Assembly: GCA_032718475.1 (NCBI GenBank)
Contig: JAUCBJ010001904.1
Location: forward strand, 1-36,088
Source: Nemertoderma westbladi
Taxonomy: Eukaryota; Animalia; Xenacoelomorpha
Length of the DNA: 36,088 nt
Reading direction: 5' to 3'
Made by a program: the position numbers and the translations under genes. Under the pieces are notes generated by a model. The model ran no database searches. It was not told the origin of the DNA and was given only the letters and a program-made list of their open reading frames with translations. This document shows, piece after piece, positions 20,421 through 31,045 of the stretch; positions within the stretch are counted from its first letter, which is position 1, and each line of letters opens with the position of its first letter.

Positions 20421-23400
20421 CTATGAGTATTCTTTAGGCCAGCACAGAATCCAATCAGGGCCATCCTTTTTGAACTCGGGTCGACTCCTATTGGCTAACT
20501 CCACTATAACTCGATGTGGCTTTTGTTTTTCAACATAACGGACTTCCTCTTCGATGGTTATCCGGAGATCCGCCCCCTTCGCGCGTCGGAACTCCATCAA
20601 TATAACAGCCAACTCTGCGACTCTATTCTCCATCCTCCCGTTGTACAAACACATTACCAAATCCGTCCCGCCCTCCATGTGGAACACAACCAGCTGATCG
20701 CCCCCGGGCGTGAAACTCAACCCTATTATGTCTGCCGTCGGGTGCGATTTCAACTCCTTAAAATCTTTCTTGTGATCCAACTTATAAATATGTTTCTCTG
20801 TGATCAACAATCCCCGAGATGTGGACTTCCCTTGCTTGTTCACCTTTTTTATGAAACCCGAAAAGAGAACTCCCCTTGATCCTTCTTCCTCCTGGGCCAA
20901 TAATCGGCTGGATACCGAAAGAAATGTCGCGGATGATAAATGCTCTCGCGGCAGCGCCAAGTAGTTCCCAGCCCAGGCTCTCATCAAACCCAATTGCTCC
21001 TTTTTCCCTTTCAAGGAATCCACTGCCAATATCTTCAATTTGATCGCGTGGTAGTCCTCTTGTTTAACGCTTTGTAGCAAGGCGAACATCCTCCAGCGGT
21101 AGAAGATCTTCTGCAACTTGAGACTGAACTTATAGAGAGCCCACGGTGGGGGCGGCCATACGATAGATTTACCGAAGTCCGGTGCATCTCTCACCCCCCG
21201 GAACAACTTACTAACAGCTAGGATGTAAGATCGCAGTTTGTAGGTTTTAAACTGTTTGATTATTTTGTAGACGTAGAACATTAAACGGAATCGCTGTCGA
21301 GCCATGGCACCTCGCCACATCTTCTGTAGAAACTTTAATATAAATGGTAGAAGCTGAAGTCTCGATTCCTCCAATATGTACAACGATTGTCGACTCCGCA
21401 CGTATATATTTCCTTCTCCGAGTTCGCAATCACCGAGAACTCCTTTGCCGTGGCAAATAATTCGGAGACCTTCTTCGATTTTCTTCCCGTAGTAGTTAGG
21501 CCAGGTGTAGACGGAGAGACACTTGTATCTCTGCATGAATTCCGCATGAGACATAGTGTGACAATAGCTATTCTGGCGGTATTTTATGTAGTTGAGGACT
21601 GCGTGTTCGCCAAGCTGCCTCAATACTGCCTCCCAATTGAACGACCCTGGTTTATTTGTATCATTGCCTCTTAGGCACCAAATGTAATGCGTCTTTCGGA
21701 ATGCAATGCGGTTCATGACCTGATTGAATGACCGTCGCATTCGTTGACTCACCGTGTTGGGAAACTCGTGACTGCTAGATAACCTCTTGCCTCTCTTTTG
21801 GATACCACCAGCGCTGCTATCAATATCTTTAAGAAAATCACTAATTCCCTTTTCATCCATATTTGCGTATATGTGACCTTGACCACGCTGTGGAACTCTT
21901 TCCAATAATAATTCCTTTAAACTAGGTATGTTTGAAGAATTTGCGAGATTGTAGAATTCTCTACTCCAAGAATCGGCATTCTTGGATATAAATCCATCAA
22001 CATTGTACACAACCTTCCCAGCAAAATGCGATATCGTGAACTGATTAGTGTCTTTTGTACCTTTGTACTGGCTGTAGCTCGATAGTTTTTGATTCAATGT
22101 CACCATCAGCATATTGTCATCAACATATCCTATATCCCGACAGCATTCATCGACCACCGACAACATTCCCTTATAAGACTGATCGATTAGTTCGCAGACC
22201 AACTTATTGGTTGTACAAGGAATCATCTCCCATTCCAATTTATCTCTAATTAACCTCTGTTGGGGTCTTCTTATTCCTTGTTCTACAATCACATTGTGCA
22301 GTTTCTCATTCACGTAGTTTATAACAAGCTGCTCGAATCCGTTGTGGGAGTCAGTGGTGTTGCCTTGGAAACCAGGAAAGTCTAGGAGCCCGAGAACATT
22401 GTGGCGATGGTGAACCTCAGGTGGCGTTGGCTCCTACAAGATTATGAAAAAACTTGAGATAAAATTATTAAAATCATGATATTTTATTTAAAGAACAAAG
22501 ATTGGGACACCCAAAGCTCAAACACCTCCAAGTGCTTAATATGTTATATGATGCATTTATAAGTATGGTTTATAGTTGTCGCTACAGAATAAGATCCTGT
22601 ACAGAATATAGTAATATTTCATTTAGAATTAATAATTCGCCAGAGGTATTGTTGTCTTTAAATCTACCCAAATCAAAGCCAACGCTTATTACATACCTGA
22701 ATTTTATTGACGACCTCTATCAGCCAGTAGACGATTCCCTCAAATAGGGAATCAATAAGATTGTTCGTCGTCTTCACGGCTTCTTCTACGCTGTTACCCC
22801 AGTCTATAGCGTCGCCCATGGCAACCTGGCTATGGAAACACAAAGTCTGACTCAGTTGGCCAGGCGTTACCCCTAGCAACGCCGCAGCCGGTTCCATGTA
22901 GGTGGTTACACAGTCAGGATCTATGGTAGCCTCCATATCGGAGTCCGCAATGAACTCTACGTTGCCTAGTAACAGCACAGCAGCAACAGTCCGCCACACT
23001 GTCTCGCATTGGTCTGTGTCCAACCCGGCAGCACGGAGAGCGTTGGCCGTCTCTGTGTAAACGTCCGCCCAATCATATACCTCGGGTACCTATAGGAGAT
23101 GTTGATAAATGAAAATGAGAGAGTAATACAATTATATGTAATATCCGTGGAGGGTGGACGCAATTACAACCTTTTCCGAATTCATATCTCGTCTCAAAGT
23201 TAAATTATCAATTAAGGGAAATCCCATGCCATACAGATATATATTATACAGAAAAACGTATTCCTTTTTAATACCTTTTTTTTTTATCTAAACCATATTT
23301 TAACCTTAATGTTTGTAATGAGGTGGTATGATAATTTTAAAATTGATAAATTCATCAACTCAATTTGTAAGTTATAACTACCGCACGTGAAATTACCTGG

Positions 23401-24134
23401 GATTCTTTAAGGATTGAAAAGTTTTGCCAGTTCCTTGTGAGGTTCAATCGATGTATGACGTCATCCGGAGAGCCGAGCAGGAGGGTATAGAAAACTAAGT
23501 AGTTGCTCTCGCCTTCTGTAGTCATGGAAACTCTGGTCTTCTCGAAATAACAAAGGTTAACCGCGGCGCCAACGAGAAGTGACCGAAAATCGTAATATAA
23601 TTGGTGGCTGATGACGCAACGTGTTGCTGTCTCGTTGCCCTTGGTTACTGCGCTAACAAAAGGCCTCAACGCGTCAACGCAGCTCCGTAAACTCATTAAC
23701 TCACGCCCTCTAGCGGCAGTCTCCGATACAGCGTTCAAGTAACCAAGACAACGAGACAATGTGTAACTCTTCCCCGAGTTTGTTTCCCCGACTATGAGGA
23801 TGTTTGTGTCCCTCCGGAATCGAAGGAGATCCGTTAACGCAATCTGAGCGACTCCGTACACGTGAGCAGGTAGTTGGTAAGTCTCCTTCCCCTTGTAGGT
23901 CTCTATCTGTTTCGTCCATTCCGTTTCGCTATGCGTTTCGTACATGGGGTTTACCAGGACCACGGAATCCGCGATGTAGGTAGACTCGCGTTTCGCGTAG
24001 AACCTCGCCCGGAGAACCTCCAGGACCAGTTCCTCGTCGACATCTTCTATAACCGCCAAGTCTTCTACTTCCTCGACGCCGGTCTCGAAACTCTCGCTAG
24101 TTTCGATCGGATCCGCGGGTTTATCTATTGCCAT
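20421..24134 (-). CDS. Divergent class I myosin, MYO1D-like (motor-IQ-TH1); complement(join(20421..22433,22697..23089,23397..24134)), ~1047 aa
   Basis: Motor: GVEEVEDL...LRARF...STYIADSVVLVNP, LPAHVYGVAQIA, VAAVLLLGNVEF, FEQLVINYVNEKL, FTISHFAGKVVYNVDGFISKN. IQ: LQKMWRGAMARQRF. TH1 tail with MYO1D-type blocks: YTWPN, DFGKSIVWPPPP, LGLMRAWAGNYL, VLFSGFIKKVNK, GDQLVVFH. Two phase-0 GT-AG introns (CAG|gtaatt..ctatag|GTA and CAG|gtatgt..ttgtag|GAG). Confidence 0.9.
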
Positions 24135-24295
24135 GGTATCCACCAGTCAAGGATTAAAAAAATGTTATTTAATAGTTTTATGTACAATAATTATTCAAAA
24201 CTGGAAACGTTATTTGTCTTATACTTAATGGGTAGTTTGAACTTGCTTTATTATATTAGACCATCACCCTTAATACAACAACCATTTTAAGCAGG

Positions 24296-25656
24296 TCAGA
24301 GCACCCCCCCCCCCCCCCCCGTCGGAGCACCCCCCCCGCCCGTACGGCTACACCAGTTCTGGTTCTCTCGCCCAGTGCCTGTAAGTGGGGTATCACTCTC
24401 TGACAGTCCCAACCGCGCCAGTTCTAGTCGGCGCTTCAGTTTGGCTTGATGTTGCATAAGCCCCCTTAGTTGGGCATGCAAATCATCCCGCCTGCGCTTA
24501 CCCTCTACCTCTAAATCTCTCATCTCTCGTACATTTTGCTCGGACAACCCATCGGTGTTCATCTCCCGCTCTCTACACTTCTCAGCTCTCTCTCTATTCT
24601 CCCTTTCCCACTCTCTAACACTCTGGTCTAGCGCCATAATATCTAAATCATATGCCAGATTTATCTCCCGCACCCTTCTTTCTTTTTCGGAGGATGTAGC
24701 AGACTTATCGGTTGCGACGGACTCCCGTCGCCCCTCCGTCCTACCAACTTTCCCCTGCTTCCCGGAACTTCCTCCGACCGACGAGACCGAATCCTCGGAG
24801 TTAACCTCGGATTCGCCCTCCTGCGGTCTCCTCCAACCCACTAATTTTACTCCCCGGGCATCGACTAAGTATGGCCCTATGTACACTACACTAGGCTGCC
24901 TACCCCTACACTCCCATAGTTCAATCAGTTCGTTGGCAACTCCCCTCGCCCTCTCCTCGGCTAGTTCTCTCTGCCCAAATACGCATTAGGTAATCAAAGT
25001 GTCTATTCGACTCACCTAGTCGTTTCCTCAATCTCACCCTCATCTATCTTCGCCCCTCCTTTGGCCTCTCTCAGTCGCTCCCGGGTCGCGAGGTAGGCTC
25101 GTCGGAGCCGGTCGCAGACTCCGACGTCCTCGTTGCCGACATCTCCTCTATCCTTCCGTGTCCAGCATCGTACCGTCGGCCCCCACCGTCGCCGTTCCGG
25201 TGGACCGTCCATCGTCCTCGGCCTGTGGCTGGGCCGGCGACATCGGCACGTCGACCGCCGCTATGTGTCGACCCGTCTCTCTCCCCTCTCGACTCGTCCT
25301 CTGGTTGTAGACGGCCCCCCTCATCTTCGGTTACCGGGTCGCCCGTTATCGATGGGTCCAGCGTCGTGGGTTTATACCATCTCGTCGCGGCCTCGCGGAT
25401 CGCTAGATCGCCGTCTGAGGTCCGCGGCGGTGTCGTTTATCTCTCTTGACTCATCTTTATACTGGCTGGCAGTCGCAGTCTCGATAGTAGGCCCTGGGTA
25501 ACTTTGTAACTGTGACGGGATCGATGGATCCCGATTTATCCAGTTTGGGTTTATATACGCGTCCCCGCCGTGTGAGTGAAAAGGGTTGTTGTAAGTCCTT
25601 CTGATATTGCTGATACAGTGATGCGGTTGATAGTATAATATATACAGAGATAGCAC
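24296..25656 (-). pseudogene. GC-rich, interrupted coding-like segment (R/E-rich, coiled-coil-like), possibly a decayed retroelement gag/ORF1
   Basis: Three consecutive minus-strand ORF fragments (25372-25656, 25012-25212, 24296-24886) separated by stops or frameshifts; sharp GC rise; ends at a C17 run. No domain recognised. Confidence 0.3.
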
Positions 25657-26348
25657 CAGATAATAGAATAGTTGTATAAGTATACTGATGACGGCGGCGA
25701 CGGTTACAAAGTGTTACCGTCGTGCCCTAGCTAATCGAACGACTGAGTAAACTGAATAACTGATTGCTGTCAACTGGTTATATTGCATGGGTTGGCCTTG
25801 TTACTGTACCTAGCCGGTGCCTCCCTCCCATTGGCTAATATCCTACTTGTCACCCTTTGCCCCCCTCTGAAGTGCTTCCCTTCGCCCTTGCTATTCTCTC
25901 TCTGTCAGGGGTGTAGCCCCTGACCCCTATTGTGTGTTTCTCCTTCCCACTTTATTGGGGTGACACGAGGTTGATATTGGTAATCAACCTCGTGCTCCCA
26001 ATATTGCTTAACGGCTTACTTTGTGGGGTGTTAGCGGAATTGAATACGCTAACAGTTCCTGACTGATCCCTTCGGGGTTCGGGAAGGGTGGGACGGACAT
26101 GCGAACGGGTCGACCGACTAACGTCGGTCTAACCGACTAAAGGGTTCGACGAGGACTGCCTTCCTGACGTGGGTTCCACAACCGGCGTTAGTACGAGCCT
26201 GAATAAGGACTCGGAAAACCACCAACCGTTGGGGCTCACGACGGGCTGACAGACATCCTTGCCAAGCCGTACTGGTTCCTGACCGATCCCTTCGGGGTTC
26301 GGGAAGGGTGGGACGGACACGCAACGGGGTCGAAAGACAAAGGACTGG

Positions 26349-27018
26349 ACTCTACTGGCCTACCGACTGTTCAGAGCAGCTTCTCGGCTGCCGAAGCGAC
26401 TACGAGCCTGAATAAGGACTCGGAAAGCCTAGGTGGTTGGGTCCCTGCGATGAACCAACGGACCCCTAGCCAAGCCATACTGGTTCCTGATGACCAATCC
26501 CTTCAGGGTTCGGGAAGGGTGGGACGGACACGCAAATGGGTCCACCGACATGACAGACCCCTAGCCAAGCCGTACTGGTTCCTGATGACCGATCCCTTCG
26601 GGGTTCGGGAAGGGTGGGACGGACACACAACAGGGTCGACCGACACCGACACTACGGTACCGAGACTAGGACCGGGGGAAAATTGGGGAACATTAGTTAG
26701 GCTAAAAATCTGAGCAAACAGTGGGTAATTAAATAATATACTGTAGGGATTTATATTGTCGTGTTATATTATTGTGAATATTTGGTGTATATTGGTTTGG
26801 GGAAGCCCAACTTATTCTCAATCAAGGTTCAACTGTAGGGAAGTTACATTAAAGAGTATATCCAACCAATGAAACTTTTCCTCAACCGCAATCTTGCATT
26901 TAAGAACGTCTTCCTTCTCCACTACCAATATCCGGTGACTGGCCGGGATTCCGTGGTCTGAAAAGTTCCGCCTCCAGCATCGGCGTTTTCCCCCATGGTG
27001 TCGGGAATAACGGCAACA
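26349..27018 (-). mobile_element. Left arm of a ~670-bp inverted repeat (LTR-like or foldback arm)
   Basis: Reverse complement aligns along its whole length, with many substitutions, to 27647-28318; both copies begin TGTTGCCGTTATTCCCGACACC. Confidence 0.7.
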
Positions 27019-27058
27019 TCAGTCCCAATCGGAGCCACCTCCCGACATCCGTGAACTA

Positions 27059-27615
27059 AGGGAAAGGAGCAGGCTACATGGGCGGGCTTTTCTAACCAAA
27101 ACAATAAATGTTATCATTAAAAATTGAGGGAAAGGAGCAGGTTACATGGGCGGGCTTTTTTAACCAAAACAATAAACGTAATCATTACAAATTGAGTTAA
27201 AGGAGCAGATTACATGGGCGGGCTATTCTAACCAAAACAATAAACGTTATCATTACAAATTGAGGGAAAGGAGCAGATTACATGGGCGGGCTTTTCTAAC
27301 CAAAACAATAAACGTTATCATTACAAATTGAGGGAAAGGAGCAGATTACATGGGCGGGCTTTTCTAACCAAGACAATAAACGTTATCATTACAAATTGAG
27401 GGAAAGGAGCAGATTACATTGGTGGGATTTTCTAACCAAAACAATAAACGTTATCATTACAAATTGAGGGAAAGGAGCAGATTACATGGGCGGGCTTTTC
27501 TAACCAAAACAATAAATGTTATCATTACAAATTGAGGGAGAGGAGCAGGTTACATGGGCGGGTTTTTCTAACCCAAACAATAAACATCATAACAAATTGA
27601 TGGAAAGGAGCAGTT
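27059..27615. repeat. 68-bp minisatellite, ~8 copies, same family as 1121-2467 in the opposite orientation
   Basis: Unit aaggagcagattacatgggcgggcttttctaaccaaaacaataaacgttatcattacaaattgaggga; its reverse complement shares ctgctcctttccc, caatt, gtttattgttttggtta and aaaagcc with the 67-bp unit. Confidence 0.92.
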
Positions 27616-27646
27616 AAATAAATTAAATATATTAATTAATCAAAGT

Positions 27647-28318
27647 TGTTGCCGTTATTCCCGACACCATGGGGAAAAACGCCGATGCTGGAGGCTGAAT
27701 TTTCAGACCACGGGATTCCGGCCAGTCACCGGATATTGGGAATGGAGAAGGAATACTTTCTGAGATGCAAGATTGCAATTGACGAAACGTTGCATTGGTT
27801 GGATATAATCTTTTAATGTAACTTCCCTACAGTTGAATCTTGATTGAGAATAAGTTGGGCTTCCCCACGCCACACCAATATACACCAAATATTCACAATA
27901 ATATACGACAATATGAATTCCTACAGTACATTAATTAATTACCCACTATTCGCTTTAGATTTGAACCTAACTAATGTTCCCCATTTTCCCTCGGTCCTAG
28001 TCCCGGTACCGTAGTGTCGGTGTCGGTTGACCCTGTTGCGTGTCCGTCCCACCCTTCCCGAACCCCGAGGGGATCGGTCATCAGGAAAGCGGTACGGCTT
28101 GGCTAAGGGTCGGTCAAGTCGGTAGACCCGGTTGCGTGTCCATCCCACCCTTCCCGAACCCCGAGGGGATTGGTCATCAGGAAAGCGGTACGGCTTGGCT
28201 AGGGGTCTGTCGGTTCATTGCAGGGTCCCAACCACCTAAGCTTTCCGAGTCCCTTTCAGGTTCGTAGTCGCTTCGGTAGCCGAGAAGCTGCTCCGAATAG
28301 TCGGTAGACCAGTAGAGT
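27647..28318 (+). mobile_element. Right arm of the ~670-bp inverted repeat
   Basis: tgttgccgttattcccgacacc...gaccagtagagt mirrors 26349-27018. Confidence 0.7.
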
Positions 28319-28919
28319 AAACTAACACATTATTTAAACAAAGTGCTACATTACCTGATTAAACTAACACATTATTTACTGATTTGTTGACTTTGTAATT
28401 TATGGGAAACTAAATAAGTTAATCTTGCACATTTAATTATTATAGGTCATATGTTTATCAATATTATGTTTGTGTAATTTGGTGGATTATTTTTCAATTA
28501 TATTCCGGGAAAAATGAAACAAGTTAATTAAAAATAAATTATAACTCTCGTAAATGCAAAATATTTAACTAACACGCCTATTTAGGAAAATGAATTGGTT
28601 ACATAGGCGACAGGCGTGCTTTTTTAACCATCACAATAAAGGATGTCATAATATATGAAAGAACCAAGTTACAGAAGCGGTATTTTTTACTCTACATTTT
28701 TCGCTGTTGGACATATTTTAATTACACTGGCACATTATCAACGATTTGGCTAAAAATTATGTGCTAAAATTATTTCATTATGTTGTACAATATTGAAATC
28801 ATGTGCCAGAGAAATATTAAATTATATGCCATTGGTAAAACAAATTATATTTCAGAATATTAAAATTATGTCGGGCCGCAGAAATCATTCATATCTATAT
28901 TTTAAATATATTGTTTCAG

Positions 28920-30420
28920 GTCCATTGGCGATTCCAGCGGGAATGGAAGTGCCTATAGACGAACCACCAACGCTATATATCCACGGTTACAGAAACGTCA
29001 CCGCCACTCATTCTCTGGGTACAGTCGCCGCCGTCCAGTACGCCTACACCAGCGGCCGGGAAGCAGTGGAATGCGGAGGCGACGGCAACTGTATGTACCT
29101 GACGATACGCCACTCAACTTCATGGAAACCGGGCGACTCTATTCCGTTCAAGAACTCAGAGGGTTGGTCGCAAATCAACTGTGGGCTCGGGGGGATATAT
29201 ACAGGGACTTTTTATTACCAATCTTGCCAGCGGGTTGTACGTACAGGACTAGAGTGGGGGGACCAATTTTCACTTTCTATTTTGTCTAACATTCTAAATT
29301 TACATAAACGTATTTTCAATTCGGGTACTGGGGTAATTAACATGGTGGGCCGATATATCGCGGAACTATTTCTAGGGTACATACAGGATTTGGGGCCGCA
29401 CTATGTATCCCTTATACGGCGTACACAAATTAATCAGTTGTCTAGCCACCACACATACTTGCCGTTGCCATCAAACCCAGCAGTTATTGTTTTAGAAAAT
29501 GAAATCAATGAAGTTCCATCCAGACCGTATAATGTTGCCAGGGAGCCCGTTGTAGGAACCAATAGCGGTGAGGGAGTGCAGGACCGCATTAATGTTGGTG
29601 TTGTTTCTGATGGTGGCATTACCAACAGGTTGGAAGAGGAAATTGACGGTTGGAGCTCGAGTGAGGAGGGATCAGACAGCGACGGTGGATTGACAGACAC
29701 TGAGGTCGATTGCCAGGACTTTGTAACAGTTGGGCGCTGTGAGAACTGTCTTCGGCAAACTGTGGAGAGGATGGAGGTACAACTGAGGACGTTTGTGGGA
29801 AGATTATTAACTCGACAGTTTGGAGAATTGAAACGTGGTGGTCGTGGGGAATTCGTTTTGTGTGGGCAATGTAAGGCCTACTTTACAACAAACTCAACTC
29901 ATCCGAAGTGGAGTGATGGTGGACCGGCCTATCTATGGTCGTTAGTGACCACCGCCACAGAAGGGTCAGTGTGGAAGATTATTCCACAAACATTCAGGAA
30001 TGCGTGGGAGGGAGTTGGAAATAGATATTCGCCATCGATCCGAGCAAACCTCCATATTCCACCCTCTTTTAATGACATTACCTCAACTAGGGCGTGATTT
30101 GCAACCGAGGTTGGGAGTTTAATGGATGCCCGGATCATAAACGCCCTCAACAAATTCCTCTGCTAAGCCATCCGGTGCCCTATGGGTTGTGGGGGGTTCA
30201 TAGACGAGGGAAACCTCCTACAGTTACACCACTTTCTTTTTGGATCTTTCTTTTCTATTTGTGGAGCCCCAGTTTCTCCTGGTTCAAACCGAAACCTCAT
30301 CTGGCACAAGGTACACGGGAGGATTGGTTGATTCGGTCGACATTACTTTCTTGGGAAGTGGCACCGAGTCTCGTCTTTGACCGCAAACAGCTACCGTGGT
30401 CCCGAACATGGTGAGAGACG
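28920..30420 (+). pseudogene. Decayed OTU-like cysteine protease plus CxxC...CxxC protein, probably from a Helitron/Helentron-type element
   Basis: OTU motifs VECGGDGNCMY, EWGDQFSLSILS and GPHYVSL; then CENC...CGQC. The frame continues past the TGA at 30095 (FATEVGSLMDARIINALNKFLC*AIRCPMGC) with more stops and frameshifts. Acceptor-like ttgtttcag ends at 28919. Confidence 0.55.
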
Positions 30421-30646
30421 GGAAGGTTGGTCGCTACAACAGCAGTTTACCTGTATTTAAGAATATGGGTGGCTACCATGGATTGTCTGTGGCATCACTG
30501 GCGGCGCTTAGCGGCATTTTGGGAATTGGTACTTTTCAAACACACTTAAACACTCGAGTATCGAATGGCCATAATGCTAACTTACAAACACACTTCTTAC
30601 ACTTACATTCCATTTAATTTGTACTAAGTGCTAAATTATTATAAGA

Positions 30647-31045
30647 CCGCAAATACGCTAACTTGCTGAACTTTAATTGCGAATACCCCTCCGTTTCGCG
30701 AATAGCCAATTGAACACTTATTACCTAATAATAAAAGCTTTTGCACAAACTCCGGGAGCGCAAGTCTTAGCTTATTACTTTTAGATAGTCTTTGAAAGTA
30801 CTCTATACACAGTCCTAACCCGATAACTGTGTATTGTCATGGAAACGTAATGGTTTCTTACCTGGACATCCATACAATGTATTTAAATTTATTGCACAGG
30901 CGACATATTATTATGTAGTGAGTGATTGCCGTGAAATGGAAAACCTAGATATTGACAATCGTTATTTCAAAATTCATCTGGTCTAATTGTTGAGATACCC
31001 CAAATTGAGATTCTAAATTTGTGAAATTATTAGTGAAACAATTTT
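30647..31045 (+). repeat. Dispersed repeat, copy A
   Basis: Shares ttgcgaatacccctccgtttcgc, aaactccgggagcgc, agtcctaacccgataa, tgaaatggaaaac, gacaatcgttatt and gtgaaatta with 31905-32136 plus 33109-33265. Confidence 0.75.

Noticed and set aside
16553-22249. Short antisense or alternative-frame ORFs over the FKBP15 and myosin exons, and AT-rich ORFs at 18058-19790
   Set aside because: Shadows of real coding sequence or low-complexity AT-rich frames without motifs.
20421-24143. Myosin XVIII, or three separate myosin genes
   Set aside because: The tail is IQ plus TH1 rather than coiled coil and there is no PDZ domain. The three ORFs join through canonical phase-0 introns. The GTG at 24143 is not preferred over the ATG at 24134.
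25682-25740. Hammerhead at CTGATGA followed by a hairpin
   Set aside because: No GAAA after the stem and no stems I or III.
30833-30846. RFX X-box-like attgtcatggaaac (also ~32099-32112)
   Set aside because: Imperfect match inside a dispersed repeat and not near an identifiable promoter.
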